Assembly: GCA_030248215.1 (NCBI GenBank) | Contig: JASANG010002570.1 | Coordinates: forward strand, 1-64,000 | DNA: 64,000 bases | Direction of reading: 5' to 3' | Source of the DNA: Enoplolaimus lenunculus | Lineage: Eukaryota | In this document: one piece after another, positions 35,694-50,142 of the stretch | How positions within the stretch are numbered: position 1 is the stretch's first letter | Layout: each line of letters starts with the position of its first letter | Notes under the pieces: model-generated | Seen by the model: only the letters and a program-made list of their open reading frames with translations | Database searches by the model: none | What the model was told of the DNA's origin: nothing | Made by a program: the position numbers and the translations under genes

Positions 35694-37085
35694 GAAGCGG
35701 CAAGCAACGTAGGCTGTATTTGATTTCGGTACTGAGTAATTTCGTCTAAACGTTGTTATGCGAACGAACGTATCAAGCGATAAAATATTTTGACTTTTGC
35801 AGATTATTCTACATCCTGTGTGATTTTCCAAACCTTTCCAGAAATTTCGGAGGGTACACACTATATCCCTCCATCTATAAGTCGTTGCCGCGCACGCGGA
35901 GTTAAGAATCACAGTTGGTTTCTAACAAACGGGGGTCAGTCGGTGCTTAATTTTCCTTAAAATTCGTCGAAGTTTAATTTTCTCTCAAAATGATTTAAAT
36001 TGAGATAAAATAAATTTCAAATTCATAAGACAATAATGATTATACTTAACCTGCGATCGGCGACCGGTCGAAGCTGTCAACTCTGTGTTCAATTTGACAG
36101 TTGACTGATTTTAGTGAGAACAAGCACCTGATGCCGGACCCGAACCTGGAGGGGGGAGGGCATTGGAACTTAGCCTCCCCCCTTGGAAAAATTTTTGCCA
36201 CCCACTAGAAAAACTTCAACATTGCTTGTAAGTCATTTGAAAACTCTTGTATGCCCCTCTTTGAAAAATTTTTAGCACCCCCTAGCAAGTGAAGCTGGCT
36301 ACTGGCGTGCTTGATGCGCTATCTCATGTTTGAAATTTTAAAATTTGAAAATGAAAATAATTTTAAATGAGAAATTAATAATTTTATCAATGAAATTGAA
36401 AACGAGGTTGATGCGAGCGGTAAAATGGTAAGGTTAGAAATTTTGAGTAGTGCGGGCTTGTGGTAGAAGAAAGGAAGGATTTGCACAGTGGCGGATCCAA
36501 GAGGAACTCTGGGATGTTCCCCCCCAGCAGCTGAAAATTTTGGCAACGAAAACGGTTCATCTGAAGCTCACAATGTGTTTTCAAGTCAACGAGAAAAATA
36601 CAGTTTCCATTCATGAGGTTAATTGTGTGCCCAACGGGCCTTAGCTGACATCACTGTTAAAAGAAGGCGTCAATTGTATTGATCAATTAAACTCATGTTT
36701 TTCACCCAGGATTCGTGTCAAAATATTTCCTTAGTTTCTGGCCTAAGTGTCCGTAAAGGGGCTATCATGGACTGCAACTCCTAACTTCGTCCGATATCCA
36801 CAGTTTTTTGGACTGGACCAACGCAGTGCGTTTCTTGGTACCCCCGTTTAATTTTTCTACGGACGGCTTTGAGTTGAATTTAAATCCATGAAGCTGCTGA
36901 TAGGTGAGTACGGTTTGAGTTATTAAATTTGGGGTGGGATACATTTTCGTTTACCCCAAACATCTCGTGTCACGGCAGTCTTGTCCGTTTTGACTTCCTG
37001 AAAATTCCCCAGGGTCGCGTTGGTGTTTAATTTTTTTCTAGGTCATTTGAAACGATGTTCAATTTTATGTTTGAAGCCTTTTGAA

Positions 37086-37779
37086 TTTATATCCAATGGA
37101 ACGATGACTGGGTTGGTGGTTGAGCGTTCCTGAAGAGTTTTTATCCAATAGAATGATGGCTGGTTTGGTGTTTGAGCGTTCCTGAAGAGTTTTTATCCAA
37201 TAGAATGATGGCTGGGTTGGTGTTTGAGCGTTCCTAAAGAGTTTTTATCCAATAGAATGATGGCAGGGTTGGTTGTTTGAGCGTTCCTGAAGAGTTTTTA
37301 TCCAATAGAATGATGGCAGGGTTGGTTATTTGAGCGTTCCTGAAGAGTTTTTATCCAATAGAATGATGGATAGTTTGTTGTTTGTCCGTTTCTAAGGAAT
37401 TTTTATCCAGTAGAATGATGGTTGGGTTGGTTTTTAAGCATTTCTAAGAAAATTTTATCCAATAGAATGGTAGCTGGGTTGGTTTTTGAGCGTTTCTAAG
37501 AAAATTTTATCCAGTAGAATGATGGTTGGGTTGGTTTTTAAGCATTTCTAAGAAAATTTTATCCAATAGAATGATAGCTGGGTTGGTGTTTGAGCGTTTC
37601 AAAGGAATTTTTATCCAGTAGAATGATGGTTGGGTTGGTTTTTAAGCATTTCTAAGAAAATTTTATCCAATAGAATGATAGCTGGGTTGGTGTTTGAGCG
37701 TTTCAAAGGAATTTTTATCCAGTAGAATGATGGTTGGGTTGGTTATAAAGCATTTGTAAGAAAATTTTATCCAATAGAA
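37086..37779. repeat. 52-bp minisatellite, 13 units
   Basis: ATCCA(A/G)T anchor recurs every 52-53 bp from 37091 to 37769. Confidence 0.95.
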
Positions 37780-40185
37780 AAAACAATTTTAGCCCATAAA
37801 ATGACGGCACTTCTTGTTGACCAGCAAAAAAATTTCTTCATATTTTCATTTTTAAATTTGTTTTAATTTCATTTTCACATCCAAACCCAATTAAGAGCAC
37901 AGGTCTACTGACAATGATAATAGAGATACGTAACTGCTAAATGGTATATTGGATTCCAGGAAAACATTAGCAAAAATCGTTAACCATAATTTGATTGGAC
38001 AATTTCGCAATGCACAAATATCAATTCATATTGAGAACCTGTAACCTCGTGTTCCCTTTCGGTTCGGTGTTAGTACGATTTGTGTCCCACCGGTCTTCGG
38101 CGGTGGAACCGCCCTACCTGCAGACGTCTTCGCCTCTCCTGGACCAAGGCCGAAAATCGATATTAAAGTTTACCCCCACAAGATATCAATTAAAGTTTCC
38201 ACCTCAAGCAGTAAATTTCCAACCTTTAAGGTTTCTGCGGAAGCTTCAATTGATCCAAAAATTTGACTAACAGCTTTAAACGAATTCTACGTTTAAGAAA
38301 CATTTTTATTCCCTCCTATAAATCTTGCCGTCCTGCGTTGCAATTATTTCTAGTTTACATGCTTGCGGCTTTGTTTTTGATAGAACAGCGAACATTTTAG
38401 TGATGCGTTTAAATTTGTCAAATTTAAAATTGAATTCAAATCCAGCTATAATCGCCTTATCACCGGTTTGGTGTTGTTGTGCTGTACAAACGTGACCGCT
38501 GAAGCGTAGAGTTAATTTTAATCAAAATTATAAATTTACTACGAATAATACTATCACCAGAGTGAAGAGTGCTATAATGAAAAGAATTTTTAAATTTATG
38601 TCAGTGGCATAAACCACTAGCGGATTCAGAGCAGGAGCGGGGGTAAGAGCGTACGCCCTCCGACAGAAATTTTTTGTAATCAAATAAGGTCCTTACAATT
38701 TTACTCTGTCAGAAATTTTTAGTAAAAAATACAATTTTTCGTCGAAGAAATGTTCTGGTGATACAATGATAAGGTTCCTACCTTACAATTTCTGCCTGCC
38801 AATTGCGGATATCATGCAGTAAAAATTGCGTTTCATAACATTTGCCTGTCCGCTCCTCAGTCAGGAATTTCAGGATTCGTCTCTGCTATTAGTACCGGGT
38901 ACAAGAAGATATATAGACCGGCAGAAAGGCCACCGGAAATGTTTTCTAAACTTTAGAATTCTATTTTGTTGTCAGCAAAATTCCGTTTAGGCGATGAAGA
39001 TACCTGTAGAATTGCACCCTATTAATAGCAGTGAATTTTCCCTGGTTCGACATCACAAAGTGAAATATTGGTTGTGAAAATGAAATTCACAAATTGTAAA
39101 AATTACAATTATGTTTAAAATTAAGCTGTTTCGCTATTGTAGGAAAGTTTATTTAAGACTTCCGTCACTACTAACGGATCCAGAGGTGACGGACCGGAGG
39201 GCGCATCCGTCACTCACTAACGGATCCACAGTTGGCGTATGGGAGGGCGTATCTGTCACTCTCTAACGGATCCAAAGGTGACGGACCGGGGGGCGCATCC
39301 GTCACTCACTAACGGATCCAGAGGTGGCGGACAAGAGGGCATGCTTACGCCCTCCCGTCAGAATTTTTTATGATAAAATGGTAACGTCCCTATCGTACAA
39401 TTTTAATTTTTCCCTTATAAATTTTTTTGTCGATAAAAAGATAAGGTCTTTTCCTATCGTAGAACTTTTCCCTTAAGAAAGTATCTTGGTACTAAAATGG
39501 TAAGGTCCCTACCATTCAGATTTTGGGTTTCATAAAATTCGCCACCCCGCCCCCTCTCCGCCACAATTTTTTCGTTCCGTCTCTAAATTCAGTGAACACT
39601 GCTCTTTTGACCCCTGTTTCGAAATTTAATTGTGTATTTCGAATTATGGTAAGAAATTTATCATTTTGGCGTCATAGACACATGTGTTTGCAAGCTTCCC
39701 AATACTAAAGCGAAAGGATATTTTCAGTTTTATCTTTGACCGATAAAATTCATTTACCTGTGGCTTAATACAGTTGAATTTTCCATAATAGGCATGGTAT
39801 AATTAATAAGTAAGTAAGTGTTTATTACTGGCATCGTCAGACAGCTCAGCAGGTCGGATCAAGCTTATCTGCCATCATTGTCGTCTTGCTGACGATGACA
39901 AAGCTTAATACTGAAATCCGATTGCCAGTTATACGCATACGAAAAGATATTCAAAAGTAGGGAATATCAAATCCAAACAAGGGGTCACCGCCGCTGAAAG
40001 CCATTCAAGGAGGTTCGAGCAGAACAGGCTAAAAGAAACGTTAAACTTAGGTCTTTTTTTTAAATTTTAAAAATTTTGAGACAGGTTATAGGGTCCAGGG
40101 GAGTTACAGGGGCCTTGAACGAGCAGATTTATGGTGGATCAAGGTATCGAATCCCACACCGGTGCTGCACAGCAGTAAATATTTT

Positions 40186-40425
40186 GGCCCGTGTAAAGAT
40201 CAGGGGCGGAAACGTTTTTTCTGTGGGACTAGAAAAGAGCTTAAGCATTAACTAATATTTTGCTTGGCTTTGGCTTAGGTTTAGGCTTAGGAATATGCTC
40301 GTTTTTGCACTTAGGCTTAAGCTTAGGCTTAGGAATATGCTCGTTTTTGCGCTTAGGCTTAAGCTTAGGCTTAGGCTTAAGAATACGCTTATAATACTGT
40401 TCCGCTCATGTTCTTTACATTGGCC
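40186..40425. mobile_element. TTAGGC-MITE subfamily B
   Basis: Perfect TSD aatatttt. Confidence 0.9.
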
Positions 40426-43400
40426 AATATTTTGATGGTAAATGAATCAGGCTAGGCCACTCAGCACAATAGGTAACATCAAAATTAAATCACTGAACTC
40501 AAATACTTTTTTGAAACCTACGTTTTATGTACCACAATCCGTCGTCAGGACAGCTAAGGCTTAAAGCTTAAACATAAACGTAAGCTTACGCCAATCGATT
40601 AACAACAAATTGTCGAGTCAACGAGATTTCGAATTACAAGTTGTCTGTCGACGAGTTATCGAATTGTCGTGCTAACTTATGTTGGGTCAGTACAATTTTT
40701 TTCATAGGTTACGCTCCATAGCCCCCCACTCTCGTACATTTTGCTTCCAAAAATAAGACATCATCAATGCCGTTATATTTGTAAAATTTCCTCTTTACAA
40801 CACTTCAATTCTAAAAGAAAAATTGCAAATTCGTTTCTATTTTACTTATTTGCGAGGGGGCGGAACGCATACTGGAAATGTTTCATTGCAGTGGCGAATC
40901 CAGGATATCAAAATGGGTGGGGCCAAAATTTCACAGGTAATAAACTTACTTTTGACACATACACAAACCACGAACTATTGTAACAAAATTGCTATATAAT
41001 TTTTGTCGAGATGCTGTTGGGGGGGCCACGGCCGGGGTGGCCCCCCCATGGATCCGCCATTGTTATATTGTGTAGTTTAGCGAATGGGAAACAAAGCTTA
41101 GGCGTGTAAGTGGTTTTAGAAATGTTATAGAGTGGGGGGTGGGTGGGGCGAAGTGAAATATTGTTCTATTGAACAGCTAAGTGTGCAGGTATTGCACTTT
41201 GATGAAATTGAGAATACAAATAAGAAAACGTCGCAAGTGAAAGACAGCCGGGCCCGTAATCCAAAGCAGCGAGCCAGGGGGGGGGCTCAGCCACCCCCTG
41301 GAAATTTTTTGGCCCCCTTAGAAAACTTTCAACCTTGCTTGTAAGTCAATAAAAACCTTTACATGCTCCTCCTGACAGAATTTTTAGTCCCCCCGTAGCA
41401 AGGTGAACTAGCTACAGGCCTGGGTTCGGGCTGATAAGAATTCTATGCTAGGAAAATTTTCGTCACCCCCTCGGCACTAGCGGTCGCGGCCTTTAGTAAC
41501 AAGTCTACGTTCTGGGGCTTGAACTATTTACCCTAGTGCCGGAGCAGGCTTCAGTTGAAGCCCCCAACATTCCCGGGTAAAGGCCCCTTGCGATGATCAA
41601 AATATTGGTCAAATTCAGATGAATATCAACGGATATTTTTAGTTTACAATCTTGTTAGGAGGGACCCTCGTTGAGGTGGGACTCCCAAATGGGAGTGTCA
41701 GACCGGGGGTCCCTCGTTGAGGTGGCTCCCCCCAATGTAGGGTATACGGATTCGCTGCTCCTGCCTTGCGTTTTCTTTTCGCTCACTTCTTTTTGTAAAT
41801 AGACATATTTCACTGTCACAACAAAGTGAAACCCGTCTATTAGTGATCTTTGAACAAGGATTCATTACAATATTTATATGTATAATTGCAGTTGTTAAAG
41901 TGCAATGTCAACACACTTAAAGAGTGCATGCAAACTGCAGAATAACACCTTATAACTGCAACTTTTTGCTGTTCTGCGTTTCGCTCGTTTGTGAACGCTT
42001 TAGAGAGAGGCTGCACTTGAGCGTAGACTCACAGATCGAAGGGAAGCAAATACTTAACATTTTTAGTTTTTTTAAACTTTTTAAAATCAGCAACTTTTCG
42101 ACTTCTGGTCAGGTATGCAATGGCTTAAGGGTGTCGTCTCTCGAGTTCATTTCCAGATGGTATACCTTGGTGTAAAGGGGTTTTTTGGCGACGGAGCGTA
42201 GCGATCGACGAAGCGTTCCATGTTTAGAAACCAACAGGTTGTGGTGAAGCCTATAAATGTGTCTTATTTAGTGTTCCTGTAACGAATTTCGGGTGTGTAT
42301 ATGTCGTAGACCAAGTCGTAATTGAGCCTAATTCCGATCGTAGACCAAATCGTAATTAAGCCTAATTCCGAATTGCGCTAGTCCAAAGTGGAATTATGTC
42401 CCGGACTATTCCAATTCGGAATTTAGCTAAATTACGACTTGGGATGCGACATATATCCCTTTTGTGCCATCCCTGTATATACATCCATTTATAGTAGTAG
42501 AAGATTGTTGCTTTTGATATTTTTTCTTAGCCAACTAATTATTCTACAACCTACAAAACTGTCCTAATTGATATCATCACTTCTCGAGGAATTTCAGTGT
42601 ACAAATCCGCTTTATTTTCTTTTTATATATGCAGCCACCAGCGGATCCAGAGAGGGAGGTGGAAAGCTTGCACCCCCTCGTAAGAAAATTATTTGTGATA
42701 AAACGGTAAGGTGCCCCCTACCTTAAAATGTTTCCCTCTCAGAAAATTGTTTTGTGATAAAATGTTAAGGTCCCCTACTTTACACTTTGTCGTCGCGAAT
42801 GGCACATATATAGCATACAGCAACAAATTGCGTTTCATAACTTTTACTATCCCGCCGGCCGCTGTCAGAAATTTTTTGAATCCGCCTCTGTAAGCAGTTG
42901 TGGCCTGAGCATTTTTTCAATTTTGTTTTCTAATTTCGTTTTTTGTCAAATTTTTCATCTCGATGTCGAGTTAAATTAATCTGTAAAATTTTGTAATCAA
43001 ACCTTAATCCAGGTGGATTTGAACTGACAAACTATTAATCTTAATGCTGTTATTTCTCAGCTCTCTTTCTTTCTCTCTTTCTCTCTTTCTCTCTTTATCA
43101 GTAGTTCATACTTTTTTCTGAGTTCTGTTAGGGTCATTGCGCGTTTAAACAGCGTGTAACGCCTCTCATTTCCCCCAATACCTTCGCGATCATAATTTTC
43201 GTTTTCCTTACACCGTCGCTTATTTTCACCTTCAAAATTCGTTGTAAAAACGTCAAATTTACTGTTTCAACTCATTAACTATCGCGTAAAATTGAAATTT
43301 GTTCTATTAATGAAATTTTTTTTGTGTCATGTGTAGCTTTTTTTTGCAATTTCAAAAACATCCTTTCAGTTTCCGACTATAATAAATGCTGGGGTCAATA

Positions 43401-45784
43401 ATAGTGGCTCATCTGTGAAGTTTTTTGGAAAAATTTAAAGTATTTTCATACCGCAAAAAATGGTGAGTCAAACTTGACTCCGCCAGAGTCAGATTCGACT
43501 CACTGAATGACTCAGCGAGTCGAATTTGACTCTGGCGGAGTTGAATTTTGACGCAATCTCTGTAGTTCGGAAAAGCCTATTTCGGACAGAGTCAATTTAG
43601 CTCACCATTGTTTGCAGTTGCAGAAGATTTGAGATTCGTTTGTTGTTGAAATTCGGTGTGATTGCTTGTATTTTAGGTTGAAACTAAAATTTTCAAAATA
43701 TTCTTTCATTTCTGCACATAATTAAATATTTCGTATTGTTGCAATATTGAACCTAATTTTATACGATTGTTAAAAATAACACCTGGGGTTCCATCAAACT
43801 TTAGGCTTTTCATGATCCGCGTAACCCGAAATCAGGTCCGTATTGTCAATTCCGCCTTAGACCAGTTAGACTATGCATGGTTTGTCTTGACCCCTTAACC
43901 AACACATGACCGGCGGGGTAGGCCCTTGATTTTAAGGGTTTCCAAATTGAAAATTGACCGTGAGATTTTATGGCTTAAATCTTATTACTAACGATTGTGA
44001 TAGGTGCTGCACACATTTGAGAATATTTTAAGATTGACAAACGAAACACAAACCGTTTATTATTAAATAAAAATAGACTTAATGTGTTAAATTTTGACAC
44101 ATTTGTGTGTTGTATTGTTGGTTAAAATTAGTTTACAACTAAAAATAGTAGCATTGAAAAACTAAATGCTTGCTAAGTCTAAAGTTCAAGGGTGCGCTGT
44201 ACTTGTCGTTCGGCGCCGTCCGCCACCGTCCGTCACTACACGGTATCGTACGTGAGTTATTTCCCCACGATACCGCACGGTGTCGGAGGGCGTCGGACGG
44301 GTGACCGACGGTGACGCACCGGTGACAGACGGTGACGGACGGCGCCGGCCATGTTACGGACGGTGACGCACGGAGCCGGACGGGTGACGCACGACGCCGG
44401 ACGTCAACAAAAGTATTGCGCAACCTTAAATCTTAACACGAAAATTTAATTTTGATCCCTGTTAGTGGGCCTAGACCTAAGTGGTCACCCATTGATTCGC
44501 AATGGGCATACAAGCAAGGTTGAAAATTTTCAAGTAAATTCTTCCAGAGGAAAGTTGAGTCCTCCCGCCCCCTCCTTGACTACAGGCCCTCGCCTTTGAC
44601 TGGCACCAAGTTTAACCACAGAAATGCTCAATAATCACGCGTTATATCGTCGGCGTGGGGGGGCTGTAACATCTCCCCTTATTCGCGGTCTGTAATTTTA
44701 GTCCCGGTACAGCAATTAGTAGCTTACACGCAGATGACGCGCATACAGCACGTGTGCCGCTGCCATTAACCTGTGTTTTAGGTGTTAATTAAGTATTTGC
44801 TTTTCCAATCGTAAAGCCATCGTTCAATGTTGCTCTGGCGTTTAATCGACTGAATATCGGTTGAAAATTTGTCCCTGAATGCAATTAACACATTTTGTCT
44901 TAAAATTTTAACACAAATTTCAATCTCGATGACATGTTAAATGGGGTTCATTGTGTTTAGTTTGGCCTAAAGGCGAATCCGGAAATATGATAGAGAAGTA
45001 GTCAAATTTGAAAAAATGTGTGATGGTTTTAATCACAGCGGTTGCTGTAGAATTTTTCTCAAAGATTTCTTAAAATGATAAAGACAGGCATTTTTTGCAT
45101 TAAATTTGACAATTAAGCCACTTTGGGCAAAGCACCCAAGAAATTGTTAGCCAATTTGAAATTGTTTCACCGAACCTAGTGACCACGCAAGGGATCAGCC
45201 GTTTCTAGTCAATTGGTGAGTCCTCGTTGTAAAGGCGCTGTGATGTTTGTGAGCCACGCTAATTTAACCGTTAAAGATTTCGGTTAAGAGTCGGCAAATA
45301 TTTTAAGAAGCGAAATTAGATTTGAATTTGAATTTTCAAATTGAATTAAAACATCGCGGGTTCGAGTCCCATTGCATCCGTAGCATAATTTTCGTGAAGG
45401 GCTCTATATGGTACTGCTTAACTTGGAAGCATTAATATAAAAAAGCACCGTTTGCATTTTGTGTTTTTCAACTTCAATCCATGTTTCAATCTTAGTTTCG
45501 ATATTTCAAAATTTACATGTTTCGAATTGCCTGCGTATGATTAGGCTTGATAAATCAGCAGGTATTCAAGTCCGGTGGCAACTGTTTTGATTTTATACAA
45601 ATATTTTTCTATACGATGAGATTTTCGAAGTTAACAAGATTCGAATTCGGAATGGACATTTTCAAAATTTCGGTACGCTCAGATTCAGAATTGGAATAAT
45701 AGTGAATTTGTGCTACCCTGCTCCAAGTATTTTGAGCTGGCTACGGTCCAACCGTGAAATGATTGCATTAAGCCATCACACAGG

Positions 45785-45946
45785 CAGGCCCGAAGCCAGT
45801 TCACATTGCTTGGGAGGCTAAAACATTTTCAGGAGGAACATACAAGGGTTTTCAAAGACAAGCAAGTTTGAAAATTTTCTAAAAGGTCCAAAATTATTCC
45901 AGGGCAGAGTGAGCCCCACCCTGGTCTCCCCTTGGATACGGGCTTG
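45785..45946. mobile_element. hAT-like MITE family H1
   Basis: Perfect TSD cacacagg. Confidence 0.85.
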
Positions 45947-46455
45947 CACACAGGGCCCGCGCGTTCCATAAAAGTTGTTGATCAAATAAGACTTCTAATT
46001 TAAAACTCCACACAAGATCTGTGTTTAGCTCAATGGTCACTTGAGATGGCTTCCCAAAAACGTTTTGTCTGAGATGTCTTGTTCAATTTCACATAACCGA
46101 CCCAGCCAAAATATCTGTACGGATACCCAGGCACCAAACACTTAGGGGTCATCACAGCCTGTGGCAGATCTGGACATTTCTGATGAGAAAATTTGGAAGC
46201 TCGCGAGTCACGCGAGCGAGAAACCGAACGCAATTCTAGTATTAAATCTTATCACAAAATTTTTGGTTTTGATCGTTGTTGGGGGGGGGGGCGTAGTTTA
46301 GGTGGTCCCCTTTGTATCTGCCGGTAGGGTAAGTACAACGAGTTGAGATGAATAAAGCCAGCAATTCGAGTTCCAATTAAGCTTGAGTGTTTAGTTATAA
46401 GAGGCGTATCGGCGAGAGATTGAGCAACTTGGCTCGCAAATTACAATTTTATGGC

Positions 46456-46705
46456 GGCCAATGTTACTTTTGGGGCCGTGTAACTATAGATTAAGCGTAT
46501 TCCTAAGCCTAAGCCTAAGCGTTGCAAAAACGTATCCCTAAGCCTAAGCCTAAACGTTGCAAAAGCGTATTTCTAAGCCTAAGCGTTTCAAAAGCGTATT
46601 CCTAAAGCCTAAGTTTAAGCCTAAGTAAAAATGTCGTCTAGAATGTTCGCCTACTCTTTTACAGACCCACTACAAACCGGGACGGCCCTAAAAGTAACAC
46701 GGGCC
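46456..46705. mobile_element. TTAGGC-MITE subfamily C
   Basis: Perfect TSD tttatggc. Confidence 0.9.
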
Positions 46706-47054
46706 TTTATGGCTATGAAAAGATTGGGGTTTAATTTTTTCCAACGATAGACGATAAGTGTTTTGAAATTTTACAATTTTGATATCCTATTTTAACCAAA
46801 ATTTTCGATATTTTAAAATTAACAAATTGCTCGGATTTGTGTACTTTGGTTGAAAATTCGGTTTGATATATGTACGTTGTCCAGGGTGCGATTACGGTTC
46901 GCCACTGATGTCGCCAGAAGCATAGGCAGGTTTTTAAGAATTTTTAATATTGTAATTTGACTAATTTCACGGAAGAGCAATAATTTTTAAATTCGTGATG
47001 TATTAGCTAATATTTTTTCCGATTTGGCTTGTCCGGTTGAGGGATAGGTAGATT

Positions 47055-47251
47055 GACCCATGTATAGAACAGGACCGGAACCAGTAGTATAAGCGTTTTG
47101 CTAAGACTATGCCTAAGCGTAAGCGTAAGCGCAAGGAAGAACCCTATGAATAAGCCTAAGCGTAAGCCTACGCAAACAAGTTAGTCTAAAGCTTAAACTG
47201 ACTATTACAGCCCCGCCGGAAACGGATCCGGCCATATTCTATACATGGGTC
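47055..47251. mobile_element. TTAGGC-MITE subfamily A
   Basis: TIR pair; TSD ggtagatt/ggtacatc. Confidence 0.85.
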
Positions 47252-47570
47252 GGTACATCTTACCACCCCCCTGGATTGCCCACTGAGACAAATTGATTCT
47301 CCAAACCATACAATCCCGGCTAACACGGACATCTGCGTAGATTTTTGCCAGTTGCCTATCCGGCTTATATATTCATTGCGTTAAACAATATTGTTGACGA
47401 TAAGGGTGGTGTCCAAGAGCAGGGCTTAGGTCTCAAACCAATTTGGCATTTTTGTCAAGAGGATTTTAGCAAAATTCTTGCATTCTTCTCCTACAAAATT
47501 TTAGCCACCCTAAATATGCTTAACCAGGTACAGGTCAGTCCTACCCTATTTCTAAAATCCTGGTCATACC

Positions 47571-47732
47571 GCGTCCCGTAGCCAACCGGAGACAGAAAGG
47601 TTCAGTCTCCCTGGAAAATTTTTTGCACCCCTTGCAAATTTTTAACCGTGCTTGTAAGTCATTAAATTCCCGTTGAACGCCCCTGCTGAAAATTTGGAGC
47701 CCCCCTAGCAAGGTGAGCTGGCTACGGGCCTT
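47571..47732. mobile_element. hAT-like MITE family H1
   Basis: Perfect TSD gtcatacc. Confidence 0.85.
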
Positions 47733-48525
47733 GTCATACCGCTGGTTTTTTGGACAATGCTAGGAATATGGCGAATATTTCAATATAGGCGAACCATTTT
47801 AAACGTATATATGTGTTTTTCAAAATATTTTTTGAATTTTCAAATTGTCGGCTTATTCATATTTACCTTGGGCATTTTCCGAATTCCGCTTTCTGCTATT
47901 CAATATTAATTTGAGAAGGGTGTGTTTTTAGGCAAATTGTTAGCTGTGATGTCGTGCCAAGATGCACGTATGGGCCCGTAGCAAGTCGGCAGGTGGGGGC
48001 ACGCTACTCTTGGAAAAACTTTGGCCGACCTAGAAAGTTGTCAACCATGCTTATAAGTCAACGAAAACCTCTGTATGCCCACTCGTGAAAAATTTTAGCG
48101 ATTCTAGAAAGGTGAGCTGGCTACGTGCACGTATGGGCGTTCTCAGATTAGGGCCATGGGTTCGTGCTGTACCATAAAGAGTTCGGCGTGTTTGAAAGGG
48201 TCGAAAGGTTTGATGAACCGGTGGGTGATAATTTCACATGATCTATGCTGGTTGCCTAAGCATGTTTTGTTACCTACCAAAAACCATAAATGCTAAAACA
48301 CGTTTATTTTTAAATATTTCAAGACTGTTGTAACTTGTAGAATACATTTTGTATTTTTTGCTGAACAAAATTTGAATGTGTTAACTGTCGTTGAGTTTTT
48401 GAGTTTTCCAAAGATTTTGTGAAAAATTAATTTTAAGCTGGCGCTAGTTTTAGCTCTCATTAGCAGCAGCTCATGATAGCTAAAACTAGCGCAATTGAAT
48501 CTGAAAATCACGTAAACCTTTCCTG

Positions 48526-49280
48526 TACTGTAAATTTCAGTGAGTTGATTTTAACTGAGAATGAGTTGAATTATTCAGTCTTAGGACTTTCAGATCTCAG
48601 AATTTTGAGTCAATAAAACTCACACAGATAATTATTCAATTCACCCGGGATCAACAGAACTCAGAGCGGCAATCAACTCAACTTTTAGTTTGAGTTAATG
48701 TTTACTGCATCAACTCAGAAATAACCAAGTCTCTAGCTGCGTTCATTAATCAACTCATTGGAATTTACTGTGATATTTTTTTCTTTGCGACAAATTTTCC
48801 GACCCTGTCAGGGATTCAGATAGAACTCAGAAATTTGAGTTGTTTCAATTCATTCTGAGTTAATTAATAAACTCACACTGAGTCAACTCAACTCAGAGGG
48901 AGAATCAACTCAACTGACATTGCGTTAATATTTACTGTCATTAATTCAGAAATACCCAACTCGCTAGCTGCGTTGATTAATCAACTCATTGGAATTTACT
49001 GTGATATTTTTTCTTTGCGACAAATTTTTCGACCCTGTCAGGGATTCAGATAGAACTCAGAAATTTGAGTTGTTTCAATTCATTCTGAGTTAATTAATAA
49101 ACTCACACTGAGTCAACTCAAGTCAGAGGGAGAATCAACTCAACTGACATTGAGTTAATATTTACTGTCATTAATTCAGAAATATCCAACTCGCAATCTG
49201 AATTGATTAATCAACTCATTGGAATTTACTGTGATATTTTGTCTTTGCGACAAATATTCCGACCCTGTCAGGAATTCAGG
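48526..49280. mobile_element. CACTGTAAATT MITE (family E2, AACTCA/TGAGTT-rich) with right part plus flank in tandem
   Basis: Flank recurs at 48773, 49004 and 49234. Relatives at 13645-13741, 34912-35060, 54370-54534 and 57789-58035. Confidence 0.75.
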
Positions 49281-50142
49281 TGCCGTGTAGCACCACTCAC
49301 AGCTTCCATTCACGATTCTATATCCTAAAACGGTTTCTGTTTTAAGCATCGTAGGATTTTAATGAAATTCTGAATATGTCTGATAAGGACTAGCAATGGC
49401 CATAGCCACGCGAACGAAGAAATTAATATCGTTCTTTTAGTAATAGAATATGAGCTTTTGAAGGTTGCACTTGAGTTTAGCCCGGGCCCGTTGTCAAGGG
49501 AGGGGCCACGAGGGGCTCAGCCCCTTCCCCCTGGAAAATTTTGGCCCCCCTAGAAAGTTTTAAACCGTGCTTGTAACTCATTGAAAACCGTTGAATGCCG
49601 CTCGTGAAAAATTTTTTAGCCACCCCGTAGCAAGGTGAGATGGCTACGAGCCTGGTTCAGTCGCACTTTTGGTTGTTTATGCATAGGGTACGTAAGTTTC
49701 AGGGACATTTTAACCACCGTTGCAAATATTATGCTCCACTTTTGAATTGGGCAAATCCAGCATTGGCCCCAGCTTGAAATGTTTGGCTCGTGTTAAAAAG
49801 ACCTGCAAGCCAAGGTTATGCCTTGGCTTTACGCTAAGCGAGCCTTCCGGCCTCCGAGACCGCTAGTTTTATTGTCTTTCAGTAGGCAAGCATAAACGTA
49901 GACCACAATTGCAATGCTGACCTGTTGGCAAATGTGAACATTCCTCTGCAGTATAAAAGACATAAGATGTATGGGCGTTAGCCAGGATTACGCTTCGAGA
50001 TAGTGTAATTTTATGAAAATTTTTTACCGTGGTTGTACCCGGAAGGTTATTCCAAACCTGTCTGTGCTGCCTATCCCTTATTTTGTATTAAGCCCGTACC
50101 AGGTACTCGAATACTAACAATAAATGTTCAGTTTCTATTTTC

